A stretch of 53,938 nt of DNA, the filler included, from Bipalium vagum (lineage: Eukaryota), in the NCBI GenBank assembly GCA_037834085.1. It is 3 parts of 3 records of this genome, joined end to end, with 100 filler letters (N's around TTAATTAATTAA, not from the genome) between each part and the next. Parts side by side here need not be neighbours in the genome. Positions count along the whole stretch, not along the records: positions 1 to 15,931 come from JBBMKC010137176.1; positions 16,032 to 35,773 come from JBBMKC010268736.1; 1 more part is not named here. The stretch is one strand, 5' to 3'. Of the stretch, positions 11,323 to 24,124 are shown piece by piece; position 1 is the stretch's first letter, and each line of letters opens with the position of its first letter. Position numbers and translations under genes: made by a program. Under the pieces are notes generated by a model that was given only the letters and a program-made list of their open reading frames with translations, was not told the origin of the DNA and searched no databases.

Positions 11323-12976
11323 ATATATTTATGCACTGAAGAATGTGGCTTCAATGTTTCTGAAAGGTTCTGAATAATTGAAAACAAAGAAGGGACTAAC
11401 AGACAGTCAGTCAAACTCACGTGCTTTGTCCATTTAATTTATAATTTCACACGGGCATATTATAAAGCATGAACCACACATATTTCCGGTTGAAACCTGT
11501 CTTGTAACTCTCATGTAAAAAATTGTGGTCGTTAGGAATAGCAGGAGGAATGATTGGATTCTGGAAAGACCAAGTCGCTCATCTCTTCAATTGATTCTTT
11601 ATTATAATGAATTGCTCATATATTGAGAGGATCACTCTGCACGTAGACTTCTTTCTATATTTTAGCCTGAGATGTCTGAGGTACTCATTTTACAGTTGGT
11701 GGAACCTACTGACAATTATTGAGCAACCGAGTTAGACAACGAGTCAAAGAAACAGGAGAAAACGAATACTAACGTAAAGGAAAATAAAAATATTTCCAAT
11801 ATCTTCTTACTCCTTTTATTTATATATTTTGGCTTATCTTCTCCGGTTTGCTAATTTTACTGTGAGTATTTAAACAGATTTCGGAAGTTTAATTATTTTT
11901 ATGAAGTGCGCAATATTTAAATTTTGTCTTATCAAATGTAAAATCATAAAATCTCGGTGTGGTCGCCATGCCAATATCAATTGGCGTACCATCAATAAGA
12001 CAAGACATTTTTCGGATAATTTATTAACTGGTAAAACAAATAATATTTGGAAACATTTTCTTCAGACCTGGAAATTCTTTTTTAACTTTAAAAATATGTT
12101 TACCTTTACAATTTCCCTTTTACATATACTTTTTAAATATTTTAATATTTTAAACGTATTATCCAATAGATACACAATTAATTTTAAAAAGAATTAAAAT
12201 AAATAAATAATTAAAAAATTCCTCGGGTCTCATTAGCCTCTTCACAAGAGTTTTGTATTTCATATTAAAATATGGACACATTATATTACTCTATTGACCT
12301 TGTGAAAATTGTTTAAGTATTATCATTATTTTATGTCATCGACCAATGAAATCAGAAGAGTATGTCTAAATTTGTTGAAATGTTGAACCTAATGATCGTC
12401 TGATAAATCGGCTATGAAATTCGACTTCCTTTTTCAGTTATAACTTCTAATGGGGGTTTTTATGCACTTCTTCATTATATTTCATGAATCTTGTAGTGAT
12501 GCCGTAAACCGTTGTTTTTGTAGTCAGTAATGTTTTGTAGTCAGTCTGGCCTTACTGCTCGTCTACCGTATTCTCGAGTCATACCTAAAATTATTGAGTT
12601 TATTTCTCCACATTAATTATAATTATGATTATCGATTAATTGGCTTAGTTAAACAAATAAAAATTAGAAAGATTTTATAAAAATACAATGCTTAATGTAA
12701 CATAAATGTCTCAGACGTATGTATGAATTTAATTCCAATAAAGAGCCTTAATGAACAGCGAAAATATATCCACCGTAGTCAGGACGTTCAGCACTGGTGG
12801 TCATTTCATATAATATTTTAAAATAAAAAGATGAATGACTCCGCCTCGTTTATTTTCTTTGATATTTATGTGAAAGGTACTGTGGCCAGCTGGAACATAA
12901 AAACAGTACAGTATTTAAAGGAAATCCTTTAGATTGAATGGAGACGACAGTTTTAGAAAATGTTTTCTCTTAGTAC

Positions 12977-13089
12977 GCGTTTTGAAAGACCATCATTATT
13001 TATTTTTTTCCCGGTTGAATGGAGAAACAGTCTACGATTCAATTTTTTTATTGAAAATCCACAGCTGTACAGAAGGAACGTGCGATAAT
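12977..13089 (-). CDS. Next coding exon of the same gene (DYRTFLLYSCGFSIKKLNRRLF...)
   Basis: Acceptor tataaag|AT TAT CGC is phase-compatible with the upstream donor, giving PVDYRTFL...KKLNRRL, reminiscent of PDE7 PYIDFRIFH...RNIRRL. Donor CGC|gtacta is uncertain. Confidence 0.45.
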
Positions 13090-13812
13090 CTTTATAAATT
13101 AAAAAGAAGTTTTCTTTAAAATGTTTGATAAAATAATTATTATATGACGACATAAAATAAAACGATAATAAATCTATAAATAGAATGGATGATCAATATT
13201 TTCTTCAATTAATTTCGCTGTTTGATCTGCATGAGACCAAGTCAAATGCTTAAGTAATTTTGAGACCAGTAATATAAATTCCAAGAAGGAATGATGGTAT
13301 TTAGAATGAAGTTAAAGATGTTGCGAACGTTGATCGAAACATATATCGATGATCTTTTAAATGAGAGGTACACCAAAAGAAATGGCTGGCTTCAGACTGG
13401 TGGCAGTGAAATGAAAGAAATTGATGTATGGAGAGTGAGAGTGAGAGAGAGAGAGAACCAAATAGTAAAAAAATGTGCTTTTTCTCGTTTAAATAGATTT
13501 GGTGATGATATTTGCAACGAGAACAGAAATGATATTTGGTTCTATCAAATATTATGCAAAAAAAAATTAATTAAATATAAAAATTAAAAAAATTAACTTT
13601 CTGATTTTATTTTAATTTTATTACAAAAAAATAAAAAAGTATGAAATTTAAATTAAAAATAAAAAATATATTCTTTTAAGAGAACACTGTACGATTCTAA
13701 AACAATTAAATCATTAACATGTATTGAAAATCAATAAGTTTCAACAGGACATTCATTAACACTAATACAATTCTGTAATCGATGATAATAGAAGAAGTAA
13801 TAGCATTTTTAC

Positions 13813-13983
13813 CGACTGGTGATGGTATCTTAGGCGAATCTTTTTCGATTTCATTTGTCAGATCTTTTAGATTCTTTGACTTTCTCCTGCCAACCATACC
13901 ATCTTTCGGTCTGTACAAAGATATATCTCCGACCAATACAATTTCGACTCGTTCATCGTGTAGCACTGTTATCCTTGATATAT
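13813..13983 (-). CDS. Coding exon of unidentified gene, tentatively PDE7-like N-terminal region
   Basis: ttttag|AT ATA TCA...ISRITVLHDERVEIVLVGDISLYRPKDGMVGRRKSKNLKDLTNEIEKDSPKIPSPV G|gtaaaa; 171 nt, phase 1-1, GC-richer than flanks. Possible 16-nt first exon 14048-14033 (MSLNF) via a 49-nt intron. Resemblance to PDE7 (LYIRMLGDVRVR) is weak and from memory. Confidence 0.55.
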
Positions 13984-14659
13984 CTAAAAGTGACAATAAT
14001 AACTCATTAAAACCACAAAAAAAAACGGTTACAAAAATTCAAACTCATTTTCTTATATAATATAAAAATGGTTGCCAAAAAAATATTTTTAAATGTTCTG
14101 CGTTGTTTTAAGATCTGACACACCCTTTACTTTTTTATTTAAATGACATTGAAAATTAAAAGAGAAAAATAAATAAAAAACAAAGATCTACTAAGAATAT
14201 TTTTTGGCAAATATCTTTATTTCACAACTTTTTCTTTTTTTTTCCACAAAAACCTTTTTATTATTTCTGAACACCAATCCCTGTTTTTTGTGAAATTTGT
14301 GATACGGAATTGAAAACGCGACCAATTTCTTTCATCACATTTGAGATCTGAAGATGATAATAAAAAAGATTTGGGAATTTGCTCAATGTTTTACCTCATA
14401 ATTCGGCATTTCTTCAAAGGAAACAGTTTTAAAATAAAAAAAATGAAAGAAAAAAAATTATATAATACAAATAAAAATATTTAGTGACAATTTAATTAAA
14501 ATATTTTAAGTGTAAAACAAAAGTTTATTAAAAAAAATAATAATAAATAAAATATATTAAAAAAAAAGAATTAATTAAAAATATAAAACATAATCATCGA
14601 GAAAAATTAAAAAAAATAAAAATATTAAATGCTAAATATTTTAAAATATTATACATTCC

Positions 14660-14960
14660 ACAATTGTTCTTTGGAAAAGCATGGATCATGTTGCATTGCA
14701 TGCTTAAGGTATCCCTAAATTATTTCGATTGGGTTGACATCCGGAGAATTTCCTGGCCAATCTAGCAAATCAATATTTTTACTTTTAAGGTACTTATACG
14801 TGCTCTATGTAGAGATGCAATGTATAAAGCAGGCCGGTCATCTTCCAATATCTATTGGAATATTTCTACACGAACAAAGTGAGAATGCAAAAAGTCTCCG
14901 TGGACGAAACGATAGAGCTGTTGGCTATTGCCATGGAATTCTCGATGGGTGATTTGCAAA
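14660..14960 (-). mobile_element. Tc1 DDE fragment
   Basis: WPGNSPDVNPIEII*GYL on - strand. Confidence 0.75.
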
Positions 14961-15859
14961 AGCTCTCAATTATAATTGATAATATTGCAAATATCAATAA
15001 AAATAAAAAAAATAATTATAATCAATAACTGACATAATAATAATATATAAAAATAAATAAAACAATAATAAAAATATGGAGAATGGGAATAATAATTAAT
15101 ATATTAATAAAAAAAATTAAAAATATTAATAGAAAAAATAAATATAAAAATAATAAAGGTAAAGAGAATAATATTAAAAGAAATTACGTTAATAGTAATA
15201 ATATAATAAAATTGAAAATAAAAAAATTGTTTTAAAAATTATCTTATGCTTTATACAACTTTGAAAGCCTTGTAACATTTAGCTCGTGATTTTACTGACC
15301 CTTTATACTGGTGAAAATGTCTTCTGACACTTGCAATTTTAGTGATAAAAGATAAAAAAAATATTATATTTGAAGATTTGTTTAAATATTATCTTTAAAT
15401 AAAAAAATTTAAAATTTCCTAATTTTTAAATGGAAAATTATACTGATTGGACGATTTCTGAGTTGTAGACCTGGATTCTTAATTGGTAATGTCAACTGTC
15501 TTCTTAGTCAATTATTTCAGAATTATTATTATATTATTCCATACTCTTTAGTGGGCTTTAAAAATTTGAAGGGATGTGGTTTTGTCCATCGCACCATTTA
15601 TAATCATAATAAAATATTAGAAATTAAATATAGAAAATAAATTGAATAGTAATATTAAAAAAAAAGAAATAATACGAAAAAATAGATTGGTCTACAATCA
15701 CCACACTCTACGCTTTGAGACAGTTAATTCCTTCATTAGCCCATTAATTCTAACTATCTCCATCCCGAGATTAAGGTAGATTAATATTACCAAAAATAGA
15801 TGATTTATGGTCCCGACGACTGGATATAATCCTTGCTGAAATATTTTATTACCAAAATA

Positions 15860-15860
<1 letters not shown>

Positions 15861-15931
<71 letters not shown>
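15861..15931. repeat. (ATT)n microsatellite running into the gap (resumes 16032-16120)
   Basis: Seen directly. Confidence 0.95.
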
Positions 15932-16031
15932 NNNNNNNNNNNNNNNNNNNNNNNNNNNNNNNNNNNNNNNNNNNNTTAATTAATTAANNNNNNNNNNNNN
16001 NNNNNNNNNNNNNNNNNNNNNNNNNNNNNNN
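15932..16031. other. Artificial scaffold linker N44-TTAATTAATTAA-N44
   Basis: Exactly 100 bp, stops in all six frames, identical to 35774-35873. Confidence 0.95.
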
Positions 16032-16067
16032 TTATTATTATTATTTTTATTATTTTTATTATTATTA

Positions 16068-16120
<53 letters not shown>

Positions 16121-17859
16121 TATTCCTTATTTTAATGAAAATAAATTTTTCTCACATCGCAAACGGCATTTCAGTAGACAATAATTATTATTACGTGATA
16201 TAAAACTTTAGAAATGCATCACTTTATTCAGTTAATAATCTTTTTTAATCTTACATATTAAGACAATTTGTTTCAAGAGTGTCTTTTCAACTTAGCCTCT
16301 TCAACTATCACAGTGATTATATATAAAATATCATTCACGTTAAAATTATATATTTATTTTTTATTGAAAAATTATTTCTTAAAATCTTTTCTACATGATT
16401 ATTGATTTTTTTATTTGTGATAAATAAATATATATTTTAATTATAAAAACGAAAAATGTCAAGATTTTAATATTATTATAATTTATTTTAAATATTTTTA
16501 TTATTTATTTAATCATGTAAGAGCTGAAAACATGATTTTTTCATTTCCATCCTTCATTTTTATTAATCTTTATAATAATAAAAAATGATTAAATATATTT
16601 TATAATAACTGAAAATAATTACCGATGAAATTTTCATCAAAATCGTAAATTTTATTTTTTACTAAGAAATTATTTATTTTTCAACTATTCATTAAATATA
16701 TTTTCCAATAAAATTTCACGCGACAAGAAAGTCATTGGTATGTTAAAGATTGTGAACTGTTACCTGCCATAACTGATTATAAAATAACCATTTTATCAGA
16801 CAGGAGTAGCAATTATTTAAATGATAATTTAATTAAAAAATGTGAATTTATTTACTCAGATCGAAGTAAAATATTTCTTTTTGACAAAAATCTGAAATTT
16901 TCAATCATTTTAAGAGCATATATAGGGTAATACTACACGGAAAATTTGTCCTATATCTCTATTAATAAAAATTATTTCTTAATTAACAAATTTTGAATAA
17001 TAAATATTTTCATGAAAAATATTTTAATATAATCATTTAAAAGAAGGATTTTTTATTTTCATTTTCATTCTTTTGTAATGCTGTTTTTCATTATCAGTTT
17101 TCTTTATTTTCAATTTAATCAAAAACGTTTTCTTTCATTTCTTTTTTAATAATATTTCTGTAATAAGAAATAATTTTAAATTTATAAAATATTGTTAATT
17201 TTATTTTATAAAATTATATGTAAAAAATGTAAATATTGGCCAGAGAGAGCTTTTAAATTTCAAAAAAAATAATTTATTCTCAAATTAAATTAGCAAAAAT
17301 ATTTAAGAAATATTTTTCCGAAGAGAAGTAATATTAATTTTATTAATAATGTTTATAATATTGATTATAACATAACATAAGTGTATTTTCTCAATATCTA
17401 ATCTGGATTTAGTGAAAACACAATAAAATGATCTTACATCCCAAATAATTAATCAATTAACATTTTTTAAAAATAGAAACATTTTTTGTTCAAACAATAG
17501 AAATAATATAAAAAGTTCGTTTTCTAATCAACAGTAGGAAGAATAATGATTGGAATATGTTTTATCTTTGATGAAAAGAGCCTATCTTAGATAATGACTA
17601 AGGTAAATTTATAATTTTTATGTTATTTTAAGCATTAAACACGACAAGACTAAAGAAATTGACACTTATAAATATTTCGATATTTTTGGATGTTCTTGTC
17701 AAAAATAGTCAAAATCAATGCTACAAAATAATAGGAATAGTATAGAAAAAATCAATTAAACGGATAAATATTTATTAAAATGAAACTTAAATACTAAATC
17801 AGAACAGGATTTCAGAAACAGTTAAATGTGTAAATATCTCAATCTACCATTTCAAGAAA

Positions 17860-18517
17860 ACCCATTGGAATGACCAGAAAACGTAAAGTTTCACTTCCCT
17901 CAGAAAATTACACAAAATAGGTCGATAAAATTGTAATTTATGCCATGGAAATTTCTTAAATATTGTTTGATAATTTGGTATTTTGGATGTAATTGATTTT
18001 AACAATCATACCAGAAGACATTATGGCTACTCAACCATTAATTAAAAGACATGTAAAAGTTCCTACAAACAGAGAAACTATAAAAAAGTTTGTTATGTGC
18101 AATTTCAACCAAGGGTGCTATTGCTTACGATATAAAGATTGGAGCATACAATGTATTTCATTACTATTCATTATAGACAAACTTGTTTCATTTTTTATTC
18201 GAAATCCTACCAAAGTTTTAATAATGGACAATACTAGGTTTCGTAAAACCACGAATGTTTTAATGTATTAAGATAGAACAGAATTATTTATAATTTTTGG
18301 TAACATTCTTCCAAGTTAAATCCCATAGAGGGATTCTTTTCCATGATAAAAGTAAGATTTAAGGTATAAGGACAGTAATTGCTGATTAAGTAATAAAAAT
18401 TACTTTGAGAGAAAAATTGAATACTTATAATAATTTAAATGATAAGTGGGCTAATTTCTATAATAATCTTAGACAATGGTTAGAAAAAGCTAAAAGAAAA
18501 AAGCAATTTATTTTATA
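17860..18517 (+). mobile_element. IS630-like Tc1-superfamily transposase remnant
   Basis: KVLIMDNTRFRKT...LNPIEGFFSMIK...FYNNLRQWLEKA. Confidence 0.7.
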
Positions 18518-19883
18518 AATAATTTATATATATTTTTGGTAAATTCTTAATATTGTAATATGTTGTTATGGTTTTAAATATATGTTGTAATGATTTTGAA
18601 AAACCCAGTAAATTTAAAGAAATATTCCAAAAATATATCAATATTTACTTTAAAAATAAGAAGAATTGATTTATTAATATTTTATGCAAATATTAAAACA
18701 AAACAAATAAATTTCTATTTAAGGATTTGTACATTTCCTAATCCAAAGTGAAACTATAAATTTGTACATAAATAAAGTGAATTAATAAATTTTATTATTA
18801 TTAAAAATTTGAAAAGACAATCTGTAAAATAAAATATAAAATAAAATAAATAAATAAATAAAATATAATAAAAATCTGGTTTAATGAATTGCCAGTTGAT
18901 ATAAATTAAATTTAATGCATTTAATATTGAAATTGTAAATTGTTTATTGAAATGTATATTGGAACTATTTCTAATGTATCATCAAAATAATTGAATGAGA
19001 CAATGGATAATTTCGAAAAGTATTTTATCTCACCAGAATGCCAAACTTTTCTCATTTCATAGCTGGACAATGAGGACTATAATACTAATAAAATGACTGT
19101 TAACGTAAATAAAATAATGAAAATTTGCCGTCCTTATTTATCTCAATATCATATTCAGATATTCACATTAATTGGAAAAATAAATAAAGCGGAATAGCTT
19201 CGGGTGATTACATCCAAAGTAAAATATAATTTCAATAATATTTAGGAAATAAACTTTTATTAATAAAAAAATCATAATCCATATTAATATAGCTAAAACT
19301 TTGAATAATATAATTTAATAAAAATCCTATAAAATTTTATTCATTGCAATTATTAAGAAAAATTGTTTTTTTTTATTATTTTGGAAATTAATTCTTCTAT
19401 GAATTATAAATAATTAATTTTTCCAATATTATCACCCTCATTTACTTCAATGTGTTTTAGAAGTCCTGTTACTACATAATATTAATTATTTTTTGAAATT
19501 TATATATAATATTTTATGCTATAATTATGTATTAACTGCCAATAGGGGAATCGTTATTTTTGAAAATTAGATATTTTATATTTTAATGATTATTGATAAT
19601 TATGGATTGTGAAGTAAAAATTTCTGTATTTTTCAAAGAATAAATTTCAAAAAATATTTTAAGTAGCAACTTTATAATTATTATATCAGTATTTGTAGGT
19701 AACCTAATAATAATTATTAATAATATTTTTTTTGAAATTTATGAAAATATAAAAAATATTCTATCGCTCAAAAGTATTAGACAGGTACTAAAAATTTCAA
19801 ATATAACATGATTAGATCATATTTGTAGGAATCTACTTTTCTAAAAAGTTTATTCAGATTATACAAATACTCTATTTATGTTA

Positions 19884-21175
19884 TTGTGTTGATTCATAAA
19901 TTCGTGCGTTTTTTCTACATAAACTTTTAAACCAAAGCTTAAATATATTATTTGTTTAAATATTAACATGTTGCACATCATTTGAAAGCTGAGAAAGAGA
20001 TGCGTAAGATACTTTTAATTATATTAGGTTATATGTAGTTTGTGTAGATATATATTTATTCAGAAAAAAAGAATAGATAAATTAGCAATCCATATACTTC
20101 TGAAACATTACTGGAAGCAGAATTTCAGAGCCATAGATGCTGCAAAAAAATATGTGAAGTTGAAGGCGACAATTCAGTGTCTATAAGAACTGATCAAAAT
20201 TGGTTCAAAAAATTCAACAAGGGTGACATGGACCTCAATGATTATCCTGGCAGTGGACGTTCAACCACTGTAGATTCGGAAGCTATTCTCAAAGTCGTAG
20301 AAATGAATCCATCACATAGTACGCGTAGATTATCAGCTGAGACTGGAACATCACAACCATCCGTGGTCGTCATCTATATCAACATAACAGCCGATACAAG
20401 TGCGTTTCAGAAGTACCGCGTCATTTGACGCCAAGTCAAGTTGAACGCCGTTCGATCTGTCATCAATTTTTAAATAATTTAAATGATGAACGCTTTAAAA
20501 GTCGCATAATCACGTGCGATAAAAAATGAATATATTTTTAAATTCCGAATAGGAATAGCAATGATTGGAACCAGGCTAGAAGCCCAAGGCTGTTCCAAAA
20601 CAAGATAGGTTCGGAAAAAAGATCATCTTGTGCGTGTGGTGGAACTTTTATGGGATTATACACTTTGAAGTACTTCCAGATGACCAAACAATTACTGCTA
20701 AGTTATATTCTGATCAATTCGATCGGATTTATCAACAATTAGCCATAAAATATCCTGCTTTGGTCAACAGAAAGCGATTGCTTCCGCAACAGGATAATGT
20801 TCGTTCGCATACTGCGCGAGTAACGCAAAATAAAATTACCCAATTAGTAGGAATTGAAATTTTAACACATCCTTTATTCAGTCCAGATCCAGCACGTAGT
20901 GATTACCATTTTTTCCGACCAATGGCTCATATCCTTAGAGAACGACAGTTTGAGAATTTAGAACAGGTTGAAAATGGATATCGTGAATTTTTCCTTTCCG
21001 AAGATAAAGCATGGTACTGGAGTGGCATCAAAGAACTTGCCCATCGTTGGATTAAGACAGTTGAACATAATGGTCTTTATTTTTCTGAATAAAATTTGTT
21101 TGATTTCTGGATTCTTATCTCTAAAACATGCCTAATATTTTCATTAAAAACGCAAGAACTTATGAATCAACTCAA
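19884..21175 (+). mobile_element. Full-length (1292 bp) defective mariner with TIRs and TA TSD
   Basis: TA|ttgtgttgattcataaattcgtgcgtttt ... aaaacgcaagaacttatgaatcaactcaa|TA; WFKKFNKGD, ITCDKK, CVWWN, QQDN...SPDPARSDYHFFR. Confidence 0.95.
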
Positions 21176-21437
21176 TAGTTTGCAAATCTCAAACGAAAAT
21201 TTTAATTTGATATAAGTTAATAATTTCAATACCTAAAAGATACACGAATGTCGAAATTTTAAATAAGATTCTTTCATAACTATTGGATTTATTTTTAGAT
21301 TCCATTATTGTTTTATGCTGTTATACACATATTAAAAAAATTTTCATTGTTGTATTACATATATTTATTTTTATTAGTAAAATGCATTTTTCGAAATGAG
21401 TTGTGCTTTGCCATAAAAATATAAGTATTATTAGACA

Positions 21438-23120
21438 AATGGTCAAAATAAGAGAATTAACAATAACAGAATCAGAAAGAATTCTGATTTATCATGAAGA
21501 GGGTTAGTCTCAAGTTCAAATTTCTCAGAAAATAAAAATATATACAGTGCGCGTAAAAAGTCTGTTCACCCCTATAATAAATACTAATTTTAATTGAAAA
21601 GAATATTTTAAACAACGAAATTTATTAAATGAACAAGTCTTAATATTGAATAGGATAACCCTTTGATTTCTTGACCAATTGTAATCTTTTGAGCATTGAG
21701 TTCGCAATTTTCTGGCACGTGTTACGAGAAAGGTTATACCAATTGTTTTGGATCTCATTCCATAATTTTTCAGCACAATTATGTTTTATTGGACTTAGTT
21801 GACCTTTATGGATACCCTAGATATTTTCTATGGATTCAGGTCAGGAGAATTACCTGGCCAAGGTAAGACTTCAATATTTTTATTTTTCAGGAAAGCCTGG
21901 GTACTTTTGGTCTTATGAGGAGGAGCCAAATCTTGTTGAAAAACGAATGCTGCTTTTGGAAAGACTAAGCATTTTCCAACTATATCTAAGTCATGAAGTA
22001 TGTCTTTTTGATATCTCTCGGCATTCATATTTCCATTGATTTTTTTAGAAGTCCAACTCCATTACTGCTGAAGCAACCCCAGCCATAAATGGATGGACCA
22101 TGTCCCATAAATGGATGGATAAAGGCAGGGTTATACTTTTCCAATGCAGTTCTTCGAACCAATAACCTATTTAATGACGAATATTTAAATATCTCTACAA
22201 AAAGTTAATATTTAAACAACTATTTATAATTAAATTGAAATATATATCAAAATTAGTATTTTTGATAGGGGTTGAACAGACTTTTTGCGCGTACTGTAGA
22301 TACTGCTTGCAATTGATACCTTACAGGTTCCAAGATCAACAATGTCAGGAAGACAAACATCGTTGCGGGAGTCCATAATAAACAGAGTATAACAAAGAAA
22401 AATTAAGCAAATGTCCCCGTTAAATATACTTCTAACAACGGAAGTTATAGCTGCAAAATGTAATGAATTTAAGGTTAGTGGATGTCAGAGTGTCTACCGT
22501 AAAACACAGACTCCAAAAAACTTTTATTAAGAAAAGTTTTTAAAGCAAAAAGATTGAGATTCTAGATTTGATCAATGGAAAATGGTTCTTTGGACAAATG
22601 AATCGAACTTCTAGATTTTCAGTTCTCCGCGCAGAACATCTGTTGGAAGACTTGCTAGAGAAAAGTATAATTAAAATTGTTTGGTGACTACAATGAAGTT
22701 TGTAGTTGGTTTTGTTAGTGTTTGGGTATGCTTTAGAAGAGAAAATGTTAGTCAATTGCACAAAATGGAAGGAGCCATGACAAAAGAGATTTAAACGGAT
22801 ATTATAGAAAAGATGTTTAGGCCATCTGGTGACGATTATTTCATGAGAATATATATGCATGGTAATGATCCCAGCAAGAATTGCAAAGCCTACTTGAAGG
22901 AGTTAGAGCAGCAGAATATCCTTCAAGTAATGAATGGCGTCCTGAATCTCAACCTACTGAATTACTGTGGGATGGGTTGAACAGAAAAAAATAGACAGTA
23001 ACACCTACCCTCAGCAAAGAGTCTTTGAGAGACACCAGAAGTACAGTGGGTTGCAATAACACTAGACATTCTACGGAAATTGCTCAATAACATGCTGAAG
23101 ATTTGTGCAGATATTGATTA
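21438..23120 (+). mobile_element. Tc1 transposase pseudogene interrupted by a nested element
   Basis: MVKIRELTITESERILIYHEEG*SQVQISQKIK, then resumes after 22298 (SGRQ..., HGNDP, ILQVM). Confidence 0.75.
21545..22296 (-). mobile_element. Internally deleted Tc1 (752 bp) with ~48-bp TIRs and TA TSD
   Basis: TA|cagtgcgcgtaaaaagtctgttca ... tgaacagactttttgcgcgtactg|TA; FVFQQDLAPPH...WPGNSPDLNP. Confidence 0.92.
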
Positions 23121-23639
23121 TTGTTATAAAAATGTCATGCAGTGTTTTTTGAAAGCTGACTAATTCCTGCTTACATTTTTGTTCACAAATAATCAAAGTG
23201 ATAAAAAGTTAACACTTGACAAAAAAAATTGAATTTTTGATTGGTTGATTTTATTAAGGAGGATAATTTATTAATCAAAATTATCATGGTATTTCAAACA
23301 AGTACCTGAATTTCTGAAGTACCAGTAATTATTAAGTTGTAATATTTTGAGATATTTCAGCGACGTTCTCTTTGCTAATTATAAAAGTTGGTAATTTCTT
23401 AGCAATCATAGCAATTCTTGTGTAACCAAAATATATTTTTTATATAAATTTAACATTAATAAATAAATTAGGATATTAACAAAATGTTTTTTAATTTAAA
23501 GAAAGCTTTTTAATATTAATATTACGAATATTAGTAATATTAATAATTAATAGTAAGCAATAGCTTATAACTAATTATAATAATAAGTTGTATTAATTTT
23601 GTGATTTTTCAATTTTTAAATATATTTAAATCATTAAAG

Positions 23640-24060
23640 AGTGTTCTTTTGAATACCAGGTGATAAAAAACAATAGATTACGAACGACGAAGAATTAATT
23701 CTTTGATATTTAGTGGTCGGAATATTGCATTCATTTCAAGAAATTTAAATAGATCATATGTGTAAGTTATATAGAGCAACATGTTGATAAACGATTACTT
23801 GATTTTTAAAAGGTTATTTCAAATTATTTATAAAATCATAAAACATAGTTAGTAAAACATAACAAGTAAGCGTAAGCCGAAAAAAGTTTCCATAAGAAGT
23901 TTACCAATTGTCAATATTACTTCATGCTCAAAATAGTTGTAATGGCATTAGGAGGGCAATAAAAGTGAATGTGAGCGTGACAATGATATGGAACATTTTC
24001 AAACGTAATGCAAACATAATTCGACCAACAATGGTGTCTTGCCCAAATTTGATGTATTTA
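23640..24060 (+). mobile_element. Tc3/Tc1-like HTH fragment
   Basis: ISRNLNRS...IKVNVSVTMIWNIFKR...CPNL. Confidence 0.5.
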
Positions 24061-24124
24061 ATATATTAATTAATGTTTTATAAGTTAAATAGTGTTTCTT
24101 TGATTTAAAAAAAGAGTATATATA

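Noticed and set aside
11335-11380. CTGAAGA...GAAA hammerhead-ribozyme-like core
   Set aside because: I could not form credible stems or tie it to a Penelope terminal repeat.
12200-12590. Possible integrase-like remnant on - strand
   Set aside because: Too degraded; only vague motif similarity.
15553-15610. GFKNLKGCGFVHRTIYNH, Merlin/ISXO2-like motif
   Set aside because: Too short and lacks supporting flanking motifs.
15932-16031. TTAATTAATTAA inside N runs (also 35774-35873) as a biological motif
   Set aside because: Exact 44+12+44 symmetry and six-frame stops mark an artificial contig linker. True gap sizes are unknown.
16712-16930. 72-codon open frame without ATG (FTRQESHWYVKDCELLP...)
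   Set aside because: No recognisable motif or convincing splice sites; a few such frames are expected by chance in a window this size.
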